Source of the DNA: an uncultured archaeon
GTDB taxonomy: Archaea > Thermoproteota > EX4484-205 > JAAOZP01
Length of the DNA stretch: 64,000 nt
Direction of reading: 5' to 3'
Assembly (NCBI GenBank): GCA_938045545.1
Contig: CALIBN010000006.1
Coordinates: 62,246-126,245, forward strand
The notes beneath the pieces are model-generated. The model made no database searches. It was given only the letters and a program-made list of their open reading frames with translations, and had not been told where the DNA came from. The position numbers were made by a program, and so were the translations under genes. The number at the start of each line of letters is the position of its first letter. The first letter of the stretch is position 1. Positions 38,506 to 48,904 of the stretch are shown piece after piece.

Positions 38506-40359
38506 ATGAATAAGGAGATGATCGTGGGGGAGAAGCGTGAGGTAGTAGGTAACCTTGTGGCGGCTAGCTTATCTGGTGGAAGCGTCAAGTCTTTTTCATT
38601 CGGCGAATTCTTCGAAGCCGAGTCTCTAGTAGAAATAATAGAGCCGACGGTATCAGTCAGACAGCAGGTTTGGCGTGATGGTACGGCTTACAATTTGTTA
38701 ATGGCTGAAGGAATAGAGTTGGAGGCGCGGTTAATGGCATATAACAATACGTTAGTCTATACTGTTTCGAACCACTCACCGTTGAAATTGAAGATTAAGC
38801 TTAAGGGAAGCATAGAGGTTTTCAGCTGGTTTAACCCTAATTATCGAGATAAAATAGCTGAAATGGCTTCTGTACGTTTAGAAGTCTCGGATAAGCATCT
38901 ATTAGGATCCTATAGAGATGCATACTTTATCTGTATAGCTTCAAATGGTTCTATGGTAGCTAATATCGGGAGGAGTATTGCAACCTATGAGGTGAGTTCA
39001 GAGCTTAACGCTGGAGGGATGCTGGCCTTTACGGCGGTGGGGGCTAGCTCAAAGGATGAAGCTATTAGGCTGGCTAGAGCAGCTTTAGTTAACCCATCTA
39101 AGGTTGAAGAAGAAAAGCGGATATGGATAAACACCATTATGAATAGGATACCTGTGCTAAGTGGTATTAAACCTGAATACGGGTTTCTATGGAAATATAT
39201 GTGGTATGTCATACTGTCCAATAGAGCTACGGTATGGGGCCATCCTGTACTTAAGAATCCGTTCAACATGCCTAGCAAATTTACGTTTAGGCATCAGTGG
39301 CTCTGGGACTCTGCTTTTCATGCTATAGTACTATCTCTATACGATGTTAAGATGGCTGAAGAAGAGCTCCTAAACTTATTTGAAGCTCAGAAGCCAGATG
39401 GGCGAATACCTCATGAGATCTTCATATCTAAAGAGTTTTGCAAGCTATTCTGGAATGTGTACGACTATTCTCCATGGACTACTCAACCACCGGTATTAGC
39501 TATAGCTGTTAAACATATAATGGATGCCGGTGGATATAGGGAGTTCTTAGTTAAAGCTTTTAACGCTTTAGATCGATATGATAAATGGTTTAGATATTTT
39601 AGGGATGCCGATAGGGATCAACTCATGGCTTACGTAGATTACTTAGAGTCAGGATGGGATAATGCCGTCAGGTGGGATGAAGCCGTAAGGCTATTCAATA
39701 AAAACCCTGCTAAGTATAAAATTGGGTATAGCGATGTCAGGATGGCTCCAGTAGAAGCAATAGACCTTAATTGCCTTATTTATCTTCAGAGGAAAATTCT
39801 GGCGGAGCTAGCAGAGAGGCTGGGTTTGTACGATAAGGCTGAGGAGTATAATAGACTTGCCGAAGAAACGGCTGAAGGAATAAAGAGGTATATGTGGGAT
39901 GCCGAAACAGGGTTCTTTTATGATATATTAGAAGAAAATCATAAGCAGGTTCAGGTTAAGAGCCCGGCGGCCTTCTTAACCCTTTACACCGGTATTGCTT
40001 CGCAGGAGCAAGCAGAAAAACTGGTAGAACACCTATTCAACCCAAGAGAATTTTGGACTAGATTCCCACTCCCAACCGTCAGCGCTGATGATAAAGAGTA
40101 TGATCCCAAGGGGTACTGGAGAGGCCGTTCGTGGATAAACATACTCTGGTTCACATATTATGGACTGAAGAACTATGGTTTTCAGGATGAAGCCAGATGC
40201 CTTTCCGAAAAAGCTCTGGACATTATGTCAGCCGGACCTACTTGTAACGAGAATTACGACAGCTCTACAGGAGAGCCTCTTGGAACCGTGGATTTCGGTT
40301 GGTCAACCCTAATGATTACTGTTCTGGAAGACCTTCAGAAAGTTAAAGCCGATAAATAG
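38506..40359 (+). CDS. GH63/MGH1-like (alpha/alpha)6 glycoside hydrolase
   Basis: QWLWDSAFH, TQPP, ESGWDN, YWRGRSW, ENYD...FGWS. Confidence 0.88.
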   Translation: MNKEMIVGEKREVVGNLVAASLSGGSVKSFSFGEFFEAESLVEIIEPTVSVRQQVWRDGTAYNLLMAEGIELEARLMAYNNTLVYTVSNHSPLKLKIKLKGSIEVFSWFNPNYRDKIAEMASVRLEVSDKHLLGSYRDAYFICIASNGSMVANIGRSIATYEVSSELNAGGMLAFTAVGASSKDEAIRLARAALVNPSKVEEEKRIWINTIMNRIPVLSGIKPEYGFLWKYMWYVILSNRATVWGHPVLKNPFNMPSKFTFRHQWLWDSAFHAIVLSLYDVKMAEEELLNLFEAQKPDGRIPHEIFISKEFCKLFWNVYDYSPWTTQPPVLAIAVKHIMDAGGYREFLVKAFNALDRYDKWFRYFRDADRDQLMAYVDYLESGWDNAVRWDEAVRLFNKNPAKYKIGYSDVRMAPVEAIDLNCLIYLQRKILAELAERLGLYDKAEEYNRLAEETAEGIKRYMWDAETGFFYDILEENHKQVQVKSPAAFLTLYTGIASQEQAEKLVEHLFNPREFWTRFPLPTVSADDKEYDPKGYWRGRSWINILWFTYYGLKNYGFQDEARCLSEKALDIMSAGPTCNENYDSSTGEPLGTVDFGWSTLMITVLEDLQKVKADK

Positions 40360-40574
40360 ATGTCCCTCTAACATTTCATCCAATAATTCTATTATCTAAT
40401 ATTCAGATTAAGCGGAATAGGTCACCCTGTTATAAACAGGATAATGCAGCATATGCTGAGTAGTCGATAACCTTTTTCAGCAAGTTCAGAGGAGACTCGG
40501 AATATAAGATAGAATGCTCTTCATACTATCATTATAAACCTTGGATGATTTATGTTCGAAAGACTCCTACAGGC

Positions 40575-42095
40575 TTAGGCAACCCTATAGTCTGGAACCC
40601 TCTTCAGCAGCATTCCACCTATTGGTATAGGCGTGAGTTTCTGAGCTAAAGCCTTAGCCCTCTCCAGCTTAACCATGCTGTCAGCGTAAATCGTGAAAAG
40701 CCTGTCGCCCTTCTTAACCTGGCTGCCCATTTTCTGCCAGACCACCATTCCAGCCCCCTTATCCCTGGGGGCCCCGGCTGCACGGCATATCTGGATTACG
40801 GCAGCATTGTTAACTATTTGAACGTAACCGTCCTCCCAAGCAGTAAAGTCGTAAGTATACTTTCCCACCTTAATATCCTCGGAAGTCACATGAGGGTTGC
40901 CGCCTTGAGCAGCGATAATCTCCTTAAGCTTCGAGAGGGCTTTCCCACTTTTCAGAGTCTCCTCAGCCAGTTCTCTACCCTTACCCCTCTCAGCCACACC
41001 AGCCATCTCCAGGAGGATTCCGGCAAGGACGCAGGACTTCTCAACCAGGCTTCTAGGCGCATACTTTCCCTCTAAAGCCATTAGGGCCTCCCTGGCCTCC
41101 AGAGCTGGGCCAACAGCTCTGCCCAATGGCTGTGAACCGTAGGTTATTGCGCATTCAACCCTTATCCCTACTCTTCTCCCGAGCTCTATGAAGTCTTGAG
41201 CTAGGCTCCTAGCCTCGTCTTCAGTCTCAACCTTCGCCCCCTTCCCAGTCGGAATGTCTATGAGGAGAAGCTCCACGCCGGCAGCCTTCTTCTTAGACAT
41301 TACTGAAGCGAGAACCTGCGGCCGGGGGTCTAGGGAGAGAGGGTACTCAGCCCTTATTATCTTGTCGTCGGCAGGCGCAAGGTTAACGCTTCCGCCCCAG
41401 GCAAGGGTTCCCCCGGTGCTTTCAGCGATGAACTTTATCTTCTGGGCTGTGAGAGATACTGGGGCGAGCACCTCCATAGTGTCAGCTATCCCCGACGGGC
41501 TGGTTATGGCTCTTGAGGATGTCTTCGGAATCGTCACACCGTTTGCGGCGACTATCGGAACAGTTAGGAGGGCATACTTGTTGCCGGGAACCCCTCCGAT
41601 GCTGTGAACGTCGACAATGGGCGACTTGTCGAAAACTATGGTCTCACCGGTCTCGACCATCGCTTTAACCATGTCTGTCACCTCATCCATATCCATGCCA
41701 CGCATCTCGACAGCGCTCACGTACGCGGAGAGCTCTATGTCTGAAAGATTGTTCTCCACGATGTCTCTAATTATCACGCGTATTTCCTCTCCAGCCAGCT
41801 TCTGTCCTTTCATCTTCTTTCTGATGTAGGCGATTGACTGCGGCCTCTCGCTGGGAACCAGGTTAACCAGCTCCCCGTCCTTTAACGCTAAGGACCTAGC
41901 CGCCTCCGTGAAAACCCCTATCTCCCCTCTGCCCAACAGTGTTGAAGTAATGTTCGCCACGGCGGTCAGCGAACCCTTCTCGCAATATATCCTAACATGG
42001 TCAAGCGGGTGGACCCCGAGCTCCCCGGCGTCGTCAACGTTCAGCAGGACCTCGTAGGCGCCTTGCTCAATGTCAATAATCCTTGCCTTAAACAT
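40575..42095 (-). CDS. AMP phosphorylase (pentose bisphosphate pathway)
   Basis: DVHSIGGVPGNK, IPKTSSRAITSPSGIADTMEVL, WGGSVNLAPADD, IDIPTGKGAK, AGAPRDKGAG. Confidence 0.93.
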   Translation of the reverse strand: MFKARIIDIEQGAYEVLLNVDDAGELGVHPLDHVRIYCEKGSLTAVANITSTLLGRGEIGVFTEAARSLALKDGELVNLVPSERPQSIAYIRKKMKGQKLAGEEIRVIIRDIVENNLSDIELSAYVSAVEMRGMDMDEVTDMVKAMVETGETIVFDKSPIVDVHSIGGVPGNKYALLTVPIVAANGVTIPKTSSRAITSPSGIADTMEVLAPVSLTAQKIKFIAESTGGTLAWGGSVNLAPADDKIIRAEYPLSLDPRPQVLASVMSKKKAAGVELLLIDIPTGKGAKVETEDEARSLAQDFIELGRRVGIRVECAITYGSQPLGRAVGPALEAREALMALEGKYAPRSLVEKSCVLAGILLEMAGVAERGKGRELAEETLKSGKALSKLKEIIAAQGGNPHVTSEDIKVGKYTYDFTAWEDGYVQIVNNAAVIQICRAAGAPRDKGAGMVVWQKMGSQVKKGDRLFTIYADSMVKLERAKALAQKLTPIPIGGMLLKRVPDYRVA

Positions 42096-42177
42096 TAGGG
42101 ATTAAAAGGCACGTTGCCCTTTTAACCTTTACCAGCAGGCTTAGATGCTCTTTGAGACTTCAGACCCTGTTTAACAC

Positions 42178-44199
42178 TCAGCTGGGTGTCGCCGCTTTAA
42201 AGCCAAGCCTCTCAATCCTAACTAGGCCGCTCAGCCTCTCCCCTGATAGAAGGTCCCTGAAAATCCTTCCGCCAAGGTTTATCTCCACATCCTTGTCCCC
42301 ATGGTTTAAAAAGAACAGGATTTCCTTCCCGTTTCCCTTCCTCCTGGTTGCCTCAACTCCTTGAACGTTTGGAAGCACTTCCTCAACAATACTTCTCCCC
42401 AGAAGCCAGTTAACCAGTTCATCGTAGAACTCTGCGGAGGCGAATGTCCCGAGGTAAATGGCAGTACCCTTGCCGAGGCTTTTCATTGTTGCAACCGGTT
42501 TTCCAGCGTACATGCCTGAGCCGTATTCAGCAATAACCTCAGCATCCTCAACCGCCAGTTTCTCCATCCAGTTCCTAGCTTTGAAGAAAGCCTTCTTCCC
42601 TAGGAACACTGCCTCACACCCTTCACCCTCAGGCAGACCAGTATACTCCTCAACAGTGACGCCGAACAAGTCTGACAACCTCCCGGGAAGAGGCTTGTCA
42701 ACAATATTATTGTTCCAATCCTTTGCTCCAGTCCTAGGCGTGGCGATAAGCACCCCGCCCCTACTCACGTAGGATCTCAGCGAATCCTCCAGTCTATCGT
42801 TCAACAGCATTAGGGATGGTGCGAATAAAGCGCGATACTTGTTTAAGCCATCCGAGAGAGGATTTACAAAGTCCACCGGAATGTTTCTCTTGTATAGCGC
42901 TCTGTAAACGTCTAAAACAGGCTCCCACGCAGCCATCCCGTAATAGTTCTCCCCGCCGTAGCCAACCTCAAGGTCCCACGCCCAGAGATTATCGTAAACC
43001 AGCAGGATGCCGGTATTCGCGTCGAAAAAAGTGTTCTCGAAAAACGGGGCGATCCTGAAGAGCTCCCCGGAAACCTTCTTGACCTCGAAAAACCTCCTCC
43101 TGGGCGTGCCGTCATGGTCCAAGATGCCGTGCCAATACTCCTCAGCACCAAACCTGCAGGACCTCCACCTAAAGTACAGGATGCCGTCAGCACCCCTGGC
43201 GACTGATTGAACAGTCCAGAGCCGTATTTCACCCGGCCTTGGTATTGGAGCGAGACGGGTCTTAACAGCACCGCTCTGCAGCTCCATTATCCAGTAGGGT
43301 TTCATCTTAAGACTCCTCATCAAGTCGTGAGCCATTGCTGAAGCAGCATAGTCGACTTTTGAGGACCACCTGGGGTAATAGTCGAAGGAGACGAAATCCA
43401 GGTCCCTTGCAAGCTTAAAGTAGTCAAGCTCCTTGTAGAGCCCCATGAAGTTATGAGTTACCATGTGGTGGGGTGCGTGTCTACGTATTATTTCCACCTG
43501 CAGCCTCTGGTAATTAATCCAAGCGTCGCTCGAAAAGCGGTGCCACTCCAGGCAGAGCGCAGGGTTCTGCATGTCGAACGGCGGCCTAGGGGGGAACACT
43601 TCGTCCCAAGAACCGTACTCCTGGCCCCAGAAGACGAGGCCGCACGCGGAGTTCAGCCTTTCAACACTGCCATATTTCTCCTTTAACCAGCTTCTGAAAG
43701 CCCTTATCGAGTTTTCGCAATAACAGAGGTTCACGTCAAACTCGTTGTCTATTTGCCAACCTATAACGCTAGGGTTATCCTTGTAGTGGAGAACCATTGC
43801 TTCAACTATCCTTTTCGTATGCTCAATGTAGTTCGGGTTTACTGCGCAACAGTTCTTCCTAGTGCCCTCAGGCTTACGTCTACCCTGAGCGTCAACCTGC
43901 AGGATGTCGGGATGAGCCTTCACCAGCCAGGGGGGTGGGGCTGCAGTAGGTGTTCCGAGCACCGCCTTTATGCCGTGCTTGGAGAGAGTTTCAAGAGCAT
44001 CGTCAAGCCAGCTGAATTCGAACTTTCCTTCAGCAGGCTCCATCATGCTCCAAGCGAACTCAGCCAGCCTAACCGTGTTAAAACCCAGCTCAGCCATCAT
44101 CTTAGCGTCCGTAGCCCATCTTTCCCTAGGCCAGTGCTCCGGGTAATAGTCGGCGCCGAACCTGAAGGACGAGTTTCCTCCATGACCCGGATCCTTCAT
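42178..44199 (-). CDS. Beta-galactosidase, GH42
   Basis: GADYYPEHWP, AEFAWSMMEP, TPTAAPPPW, WQIDNE, IMELQ, FRWR...GAEEYWHG. Confidence 0.95.
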   Translation of the reverse strand: MKDPGHGGNSSFRFGADYYPEHWPRERWATDAKMMAELGFNTVRLAEFAWSMMEPAEGKFEFSWLDDALETLSKHGIKAVLGTPTAAPPPWLVKAHPDILQVDAQGRRKPEGTRKNCCAVNPNYIEHTKRIVEAMVLHYKDNPSVIGWQIDNEFDVNLCYCENSIRAFRSWLKEKYGSVERLNSACGLVFWGQEYGSWDEVFPPRPPFDMQNPALCLEWHRFSSDAWINYQRLQVEIIRRHAPHHMVTHNFMGLYKELDYFKLARDLDFVSFDYYPRWSSKVDYAASAMAHDLMRSLKMKPYWIMELQSGAVKTRLAPIPRPGEIRLWTVQSVARGADGILYFRWRSCRFGAEEYWHGILDHDGTPRRRFFEVKKVSGELFRIAPFFENTFFDANTGILLVYDNLWAWDLEVGYGGENYYGMAAWEPVLDVYRALYKRNIPVDFVNPLSDGLNKYRALFAPSLMLLNDRLEDSLRSYVSRGGVLIATPRTGAKDWNNNIVDKPLPGRLSDLFGVTVEEYTGLPEGEGCEAVFLGKKAFFKARNWMEKLAVEDAEVIAEYGSGMYAGKPVATMKSLGKGTAIYLGTFASAEFYDELVNWLLGRSIVEEVLPNVQGVEATRRKGNGKEILFFLNHGDKDVEINLGGRIFRDLLSGERLSGLVRIERLGFKAATPS

Positions 44200-44283
44200 G
44201 AAAAGAATATTGTTAACGATGGAGATAAAGTTTTTTACGTTTTAAAAATCTATATACCGCGGAGACCATTGGCTGAGAAAGAG

Positions 44284-45159
44284 ATGGTTGAAAAGCCTGA
44301 CAAAGATGTTGCAAACAGGGTTTTGGCTTTCCAGAGGAACGAGATAACTGAACACATGATTTACAATGCTCTCTCCAAGAGAGCTAAGGGAAGTAATTCA
44401 CAGATTTTGAAAAAGATGTCTGAAGACGAGTTACGCCACTACGGCGAGTGGAGAGAATACACGGGTAGAGACATCGCCCCGAGCAGGCTGATGCTGTTCA
44501 AAATCCTATTCGTCGCCAGGCTCTTCGGCTTAACCTTCGCGGTTAAACTAATGGAGAAAGGTGAAAAGGAGGCTGAGGGGGTTTATGAGAAAATATCCTG
44601 TGTCTTTCCAAAGGCTAAGGAGATAATGAGGGATGAGAAGGAGCATGAAGAGATGCTAATAGGCATGATTGACGAGGAGATGGTGAATTATGTCGGCTCA
44701 CTGGTGCTGGGTTTGAACGATGCTCTTGTCGAGCTCACCGGGGCTCTAGTCGGCCTGACCTTCACTCTTCAAAACAGTAGGCTGGTTGGAGTAGCGGGGC
44801 TGGTAACCGGCATAGCCGCCTCCCTCTCCATGTCCGCCTCAGAATACTTGTCCCAGAGATCGGAGAAGTCTGAGAAAAACCCTTTGAGAGCATCTTTATA
44901 CACCGGCATTGCTTATTTGGCAACCGTCCTCATATTGTCAGCCCCGTTTCTCATCCTACCAGATTATCGTCTCTCACTATCGATCATGTTCCTCAGCATA
45001 AGCCTAATCGTGTCCGTCTTCACCTTCTTCATCTCGATAACTAAGGAGACCTCTTTCAGAAGGATGTTTCTAGAAATGATCCTCATAAGCCTTGGAGTGG
45101 CTGCAGTATCCTTCATAATAGGATGGTTTGCAAGAACCCTTTTCGGAATAGAGGTCTAA
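44284..45159 (+). CDS. Rubrerythrin-like plus VIT1/CCC1 membrane protein (MbfA-like iron exporter)
   Basis: ExxH motifs (NEITEH, DELRH, DEKEHE), then VLGLNDALVE and SMSASEYLS. The track's 43753 start is an antisense extension across GH42. Confidence 0.88.
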   Translation: MVEKPDKDVANRVLAFQRNEITEHMIYNALSKRAKGSNSQILKKMSEDELRHYGEWREYTGRDIAPSRLMLFKILFVARLFGLTFAVKLMEKGEKEAEGVYEKISCVFPKAKEIMRDEKEHEEMLIGMIDEEMVNYVGSLVLGLNDALVELTGALVGLTFTLQNSRLVGVAGLVTGIAASLSMSASEYLSQRSEKSEKNPLRASLYTGIAYLATVLILSAPFLILPDYRLSLSIMFLSISLIVSVFTFFISITKETSFRRMFLEMILISLGVAAVSFIIGWFARTLFGIEV

Positions 45160-45246
45160 CATAAAGCCGGATAGGCATTTTTCAAATCTTTAAGCAAAAA
45201 CTCGGTGTGTAAAAAAGAGGTGTGCATTAAAGCGAATTTGAAAAGG

Positions 45247-46239
45247 TTAAACCTGGACCCGGCCGGCGAAAAGCCTTATGTATTCTTTAGCCTTCTCCTT
45301 AACCATGTCCCGGGCCGCGGTGCCGAATCTCCTGAAGTCCTTCTCACTCGGATTAGCCTGGTAGGCCTTTATGAAGCCTTCGATGAAGGCTATCGACAGC
45401 GCGGTAGCAACATTCACCTTCGTCACGCCACCTGTCTTGATAGCGTCTAGAAGAGTGCCCTCGCCCTTCTGCAGAACAATCCCTTTTTCACGCGCATCCT
45501 TTGGAGTCATAAGTATTCCGGAGGAGCCGTGGGACACGATGGGTATACGCATCCGCTCCTGTATGGCGATAAGCCTATCTATGCGGACCGGCCATATGTC
45601 GTCCCAAATCCCGTGTATTGAACCGAAGGCGGCAGCCAGAAAGTCGCAGCCAGTCTTCTTCACAAAGTATTCAACGTCTTCCGGCTTAGCCATGAGCTCC
45701 TCCACAGACCTCCCTGCTTTCTCCCGGATAATCGCAACGGCTTCAGCCGGCGGAAGCGATCTTAAACGGGCTATCTCGGCTTGGGAAAAATAGTCTTCAA
45801 TCTTCGGGATCTTCCCCAGCTCAGCCTCAACCGGCACTCCTTTCTCACGGCACATTTCAACAACCTGCCGGGTAAGCCTGATGTTCTCCTCCAGTGGCAG
45901 AGAAGAGCCGTCGAAAAGAACTGCCGTGAAACCCGCGTTAAGGGCTTTTTTAACCTGGTCTATTTCAGTCGCGTGGTCAAGGTTGAGAGCTATACGTATA
46001 TCTGTCTCAGAGGCGGCGATCTTAACCATTCCAGCCCCAAGAGACCATCCTGCATACTTGCTTGCCCCTGGGCTCAGCTGGATTATCAGGTCCATCGGTT
46101 CACCGACCTCTTTTGATACTTCTTCAGCAGCCCATATGAATGCCTGTATCATCTCCATGTTGTTCGCGTTGAAGGCTCCTACAGCCCTGCCCTCCTTCAA
46201 GGCAGGTAGAAGCAAATCCCGCTCATTCACCAAAGGCAT
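45247..46239 (-). CDS. Class II fructose/tagatose-bisphosphate aldolase family protein
   Basis: AVGAFN, NLDHA, FDGSSLPLEENI, VEAELG, GSIHG, SHGSSG, KVNVAT. Confidence 0.88.
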   Translation of the reverse strand: MPLVNERDLLLPALKEGRAVGAFNANNMEMIQAFIWAAEEVSKEVGEPMDLIIQLSPGASKYAGWSLGAGMVKIAASETDIRIALNLDHATEIDQVKKALNAGFTAVLFDGSSLPLEENIRLTRQVVEMCREKGVPVEAELGKIPKIEDYFSQAEIARLRSLPPAEAVAIIREKAGRSVEELMAKPEDVEYFVKKTGCDFLAAAFGSIHGIWDDIWPVRIDRLIAIQERMRIPIVSHGSSGILMTPKDAREKGIVLQKGEGTLLDAIKTGGVTKVNVATALSIAFIEGFIKAYQANPSEKDFRRFGTAARDMVKEKAKEYIRLFAGRVQV

Positions 46240-46383
46240 ATTTCTTCCACCCGTCCTCAAACCATTTGAAGGGTATAAAAGCTTTCCCCCTCGAAAGGCT
46301 AAGCCACATGCTCATTCCAATATCCTCTTTCCCACGGAGCCAAGTAAAACTTAAAAGCGTTTCAACCGTTCTCCCCAGAATTA

Positions 46384-47715
46384 TTGTTGAAAATACTGAA
46401 TAAAAAAATGCTTTCAAAAAGCAGGTGGAGGAAAGATGTTTTGAAAATACTTGAAGAAGGGTTAAGGGCTTCTGACCCGAAGAAATCGGTGGAGGAGGCT
46501 CTTGAAGGAATAAGCAGGGAGATTAAGGCTGCGGAAAGAGTCTTCGTAATCGGGTTTGGAAAAGCCTCTGCATCAATGGCTGAAGCATGCGAAGAAAAAA
46601 TCGGGGGAAGGATTGTAGGCGGCGCCATAATAATCCCTGAGAACGTTGACGCGAAGAGGCTTAGGAGAGTAAGGGTTTTTAAAGGGACGCATCCGACTCC
46701 TTCTGAAGCCAGCGTCGAGTCAACCAGAAGACTGATTTCCATATGTCAGGGTTTAACCCGAAGAGACCTTGTAATATGCCTAGTCTCCGGAGGAGGATCA
46801 TCCCTATTGACCCTTCCGGCTGAAGGCGTGACGCTGGAGGAGAAGAGGATGACTACGGATATTCTCCTGAAATCCGGTGCGGAGATAAAGGAGATCAATA
46901 CTGTCAGGAAACACTTATCGAGTGTTAAAGGTGGGCAGTTGATAAACTTCCTTAAGCCGGCGAAAGTATTTTCACTCATCCTGTCAGACATAGTGGGAGA
47001 CCCCGTTGAACACATAGCTTCAGGGCCGACTTCCCCAGACCCGTCGACCTTCAAAGACGCTTACGACATTATTTTGAAGTACGATTTGATGGGAAAGCTG
47101 CCTGGAAGCATCGTTGAAAGAATAGAGAGGGGGATAAGGGGTGAGGTTCCTGAAACCCCTAAGCCTGGAGACAAGGTTTTCAAAAATGTTAAGAACATTA
47201 TTGTTTCAAACAACATGAAGTCTCTGGCCGCGATGGAGAAAAAGGCTGTTGAACTCGGCTACAACACGCTTGTCTTAACATCGTTCGCGGAAGGCGAGGC
47301 CCGTGAAGTCGGAAGGTTCCTGTGCGGAATCATTAAGCAAATAGCCACGTATGACTCGCCCGTTAAAAAGCCAGCCTGCTTGATAGTAGGCGGGGAGACC
47401 ACCGTAACCGTTAAGGGCAGAGGAAAGGGGGGTAGAAACCAGGAGCTCGCCTTATCCGTCTTAACTAATTGCGGCGGTTTAAAGAACTTTGTATTCGCAT
47501 CGATTGGGAGCGACGGCATCGACGGCTATACTGACGCCGCGGGCGCCGTTGCCGATTTTTCCACGCTGGAAAACACTTGTAAGAAAGGATTGAATCCAGA
47601 GGTGTTTCTCCAGGATAATGATTCCTACAATTTCTTCAAGCAGACGGGTGACCTGATCTTCACCGGCCCAACAGGCACTAACGTAAACGATTTCACCCTA
47701 GCAATAGTACACTAG
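46384..47715 (+). CDS. Glycerate 2-kinase (MOFRL family)
   Basis: GFGKAS, HPTP, SGGGSSL, GGETTV, GGRNQE, TGTNVND. Confidence 0.93.
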   Translation: MLKILNKKMLSKSRWRKDVLKILEEGLRASDPKKSVEEALEGISREIKAAERVFVIGFGKASASMAEACEEKIGGRIVGGAIIIPENVDAKRLRRVRVFKGTHPTPSEASVESTRRLISICQGLTRRDLVICLVSGGGSSLLTLPAEGVTLEEKRMTTDILLKSGAEIKEINTVRKHLSSVKGGQLINFLKPAKVFSLILSDIVGDPVEHIASGPTSPDPSTFKDAYDIILKYDLMGKLPGSIVERIERGIRGEVPETPKPGDKVFKNVKNIIVSNNMKSLAAMEKKAVELGYNTLVLTSFAEGEAREVGRFLCGIIKQIATYDSPVKKPACLIVGGETTVTVKGRGKGGRNQELALSVLTNCGGLKNFVFASIGSDGIDGYTDAAGAVADFSTLENTCKKGLNPEVFLQDNDSYNFFKQTGDLIFTGPTGTNVNDFTLAIVH

Positions 47716-47758
47716 CAGTGACGCGCTAATGTAACGATGCTCCTAAACCAAGGTGTCT

Positions 47759-48835
47759 TTAAACAACGTATTTAGAAATATATTTTCTCCCCGCGTATTC
47801 TTCGATCAGCTTCTCGTCTATCGGATACGTGCCGTATTTCTTCGTCAACTCTAACATAAGCATGTAGTTGGAAGGCTTTACCGCCGGATGGATACTGTTG
47901 CTTGAAGCCATAATGTGTCCTCCCCCTGGAGAAGCCTTCGCAATAGTCTCCTTAACCGCCTCCTCAACCTCCTTCTCACTACCCAGCGGGAGAACATAGG
48001 AGCAGTCAACATTTCCGATGACAGCAATTCTCTTCCCGTATTTTTTCTTAATCTCCCCTATATCCATTCCTGCAATCGGCTCAATCGGGTCGAGAGCATC
48101 TATTCCTGAGTCGATGATCATGTCGATTATCGGCCAAAGGTTTCCGTCAGTATGCTTTATGAAGGGGGCTTCAAGCTTCTTAACTTTTTGAACAACCCTC
48201 TTCAAATATGGAAGGACAAACTCCTCAAACTGTTTCACCGACATGAGCGGGCCCTTTCTGTCAGCATAATCGTCCCCGGTTAAAACGACATCAGCCCCCA
48301 TCCTAACAGCCCTCTCAATAACCCTACACTTATACTCTGAAATGGTTTCGCTCAGCCTGTGGACGAAATCCTTGTTCCTATGGTAGTAAAGGAAAAGGTT
48401 CTGTAAGCTGCCGACTAAGTAGTGTGAGAACTCGAACGTTTCATGGCTGAGCAATACTATTGCCCTCTCCCCCTTAAACCTGTCAACATATGCCTCTAGT
48501 GTTTTCAGCCTCCAGTCTGCATCCGGATCTGGGGGAGAATACTTGCTCAAGTCGCCCGGCTCCTTTATCGGGCCCCCAACAGGGTAGTTTATTCCAGCAT
48601 CAATAGGCTTCCACCTTATTCCCCATTCGTCCACAAGGTATTCCCCATTCCTTTCAAATCTTTGATCCTCGCTCACACATATCCCGTCTAACCCTGCCCA
48701 CTCTACAAAGTCAGCATAGGTACCGCCTGGAAGCAGGCTTCTAATCACAGGCTCGTTTATTATGAGCTCCCAGAGAGGAACTCTGTCAGGCTCACGCCTG
48801 TTTAAAGCCTTCAGGAACCTGTCTCTAGGCTTCAC
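47759..48835 (-). CDS. Uroporphyrinogen decarboxylase / MtaA-CmuA family protein
   Basis: R...AL...EPDRVP, DEWG, GDD, HTDG, IGNVD, GGGHI.ASSNSI. GTG 48835 is the probable start. Confidence 0.85.
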   Translation of the reverse strand: MKPRDRFLKALNRREPDRVPLWELIINEPVIRSLLPGGTYADFVEWAGLDGICVSEDQRFERNGEYLVDEWGIRWKPIDAGINYPVGGPIKEPGDLSKYSPPDPDADWRLKTLEAYVDRFKGERAIVLLSHETFEFSHYLVGSLQNLFLYYHRNKDFVHRLSETISEYKCRVIERAVRMGADVVLTGDDYADRKGPLMSVKQFEEFVLPYLKRVVQKVKKLEAPFIKHTDGNLWPIIDMIIDSGIDALDPIEPIAGMDIGEIKKKYGKRIAVIGNVDCSYVLPLGSEKEVEEAVKETIAKASPGGGHIMASSNSIHPAVKPSNYMLMLELTKKYGTYPIDEKLIEEYAGRKYISKYVV

Positions 48836-48904
48836 AATAAAGCATAACTCCACGTTGTTTATAAGCTTTCTTAGCACGAGTAATCCTGCGAGACGTATGC
48901 TTCG

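Noticed and set aside
43753-44283. Apparent 468-aa ORF with a novel N-terminal domain on the VIT1 protein
   Set aside because: The extension is mostly antisense to the GH42 gene. The recognisable protein starts near 44284.
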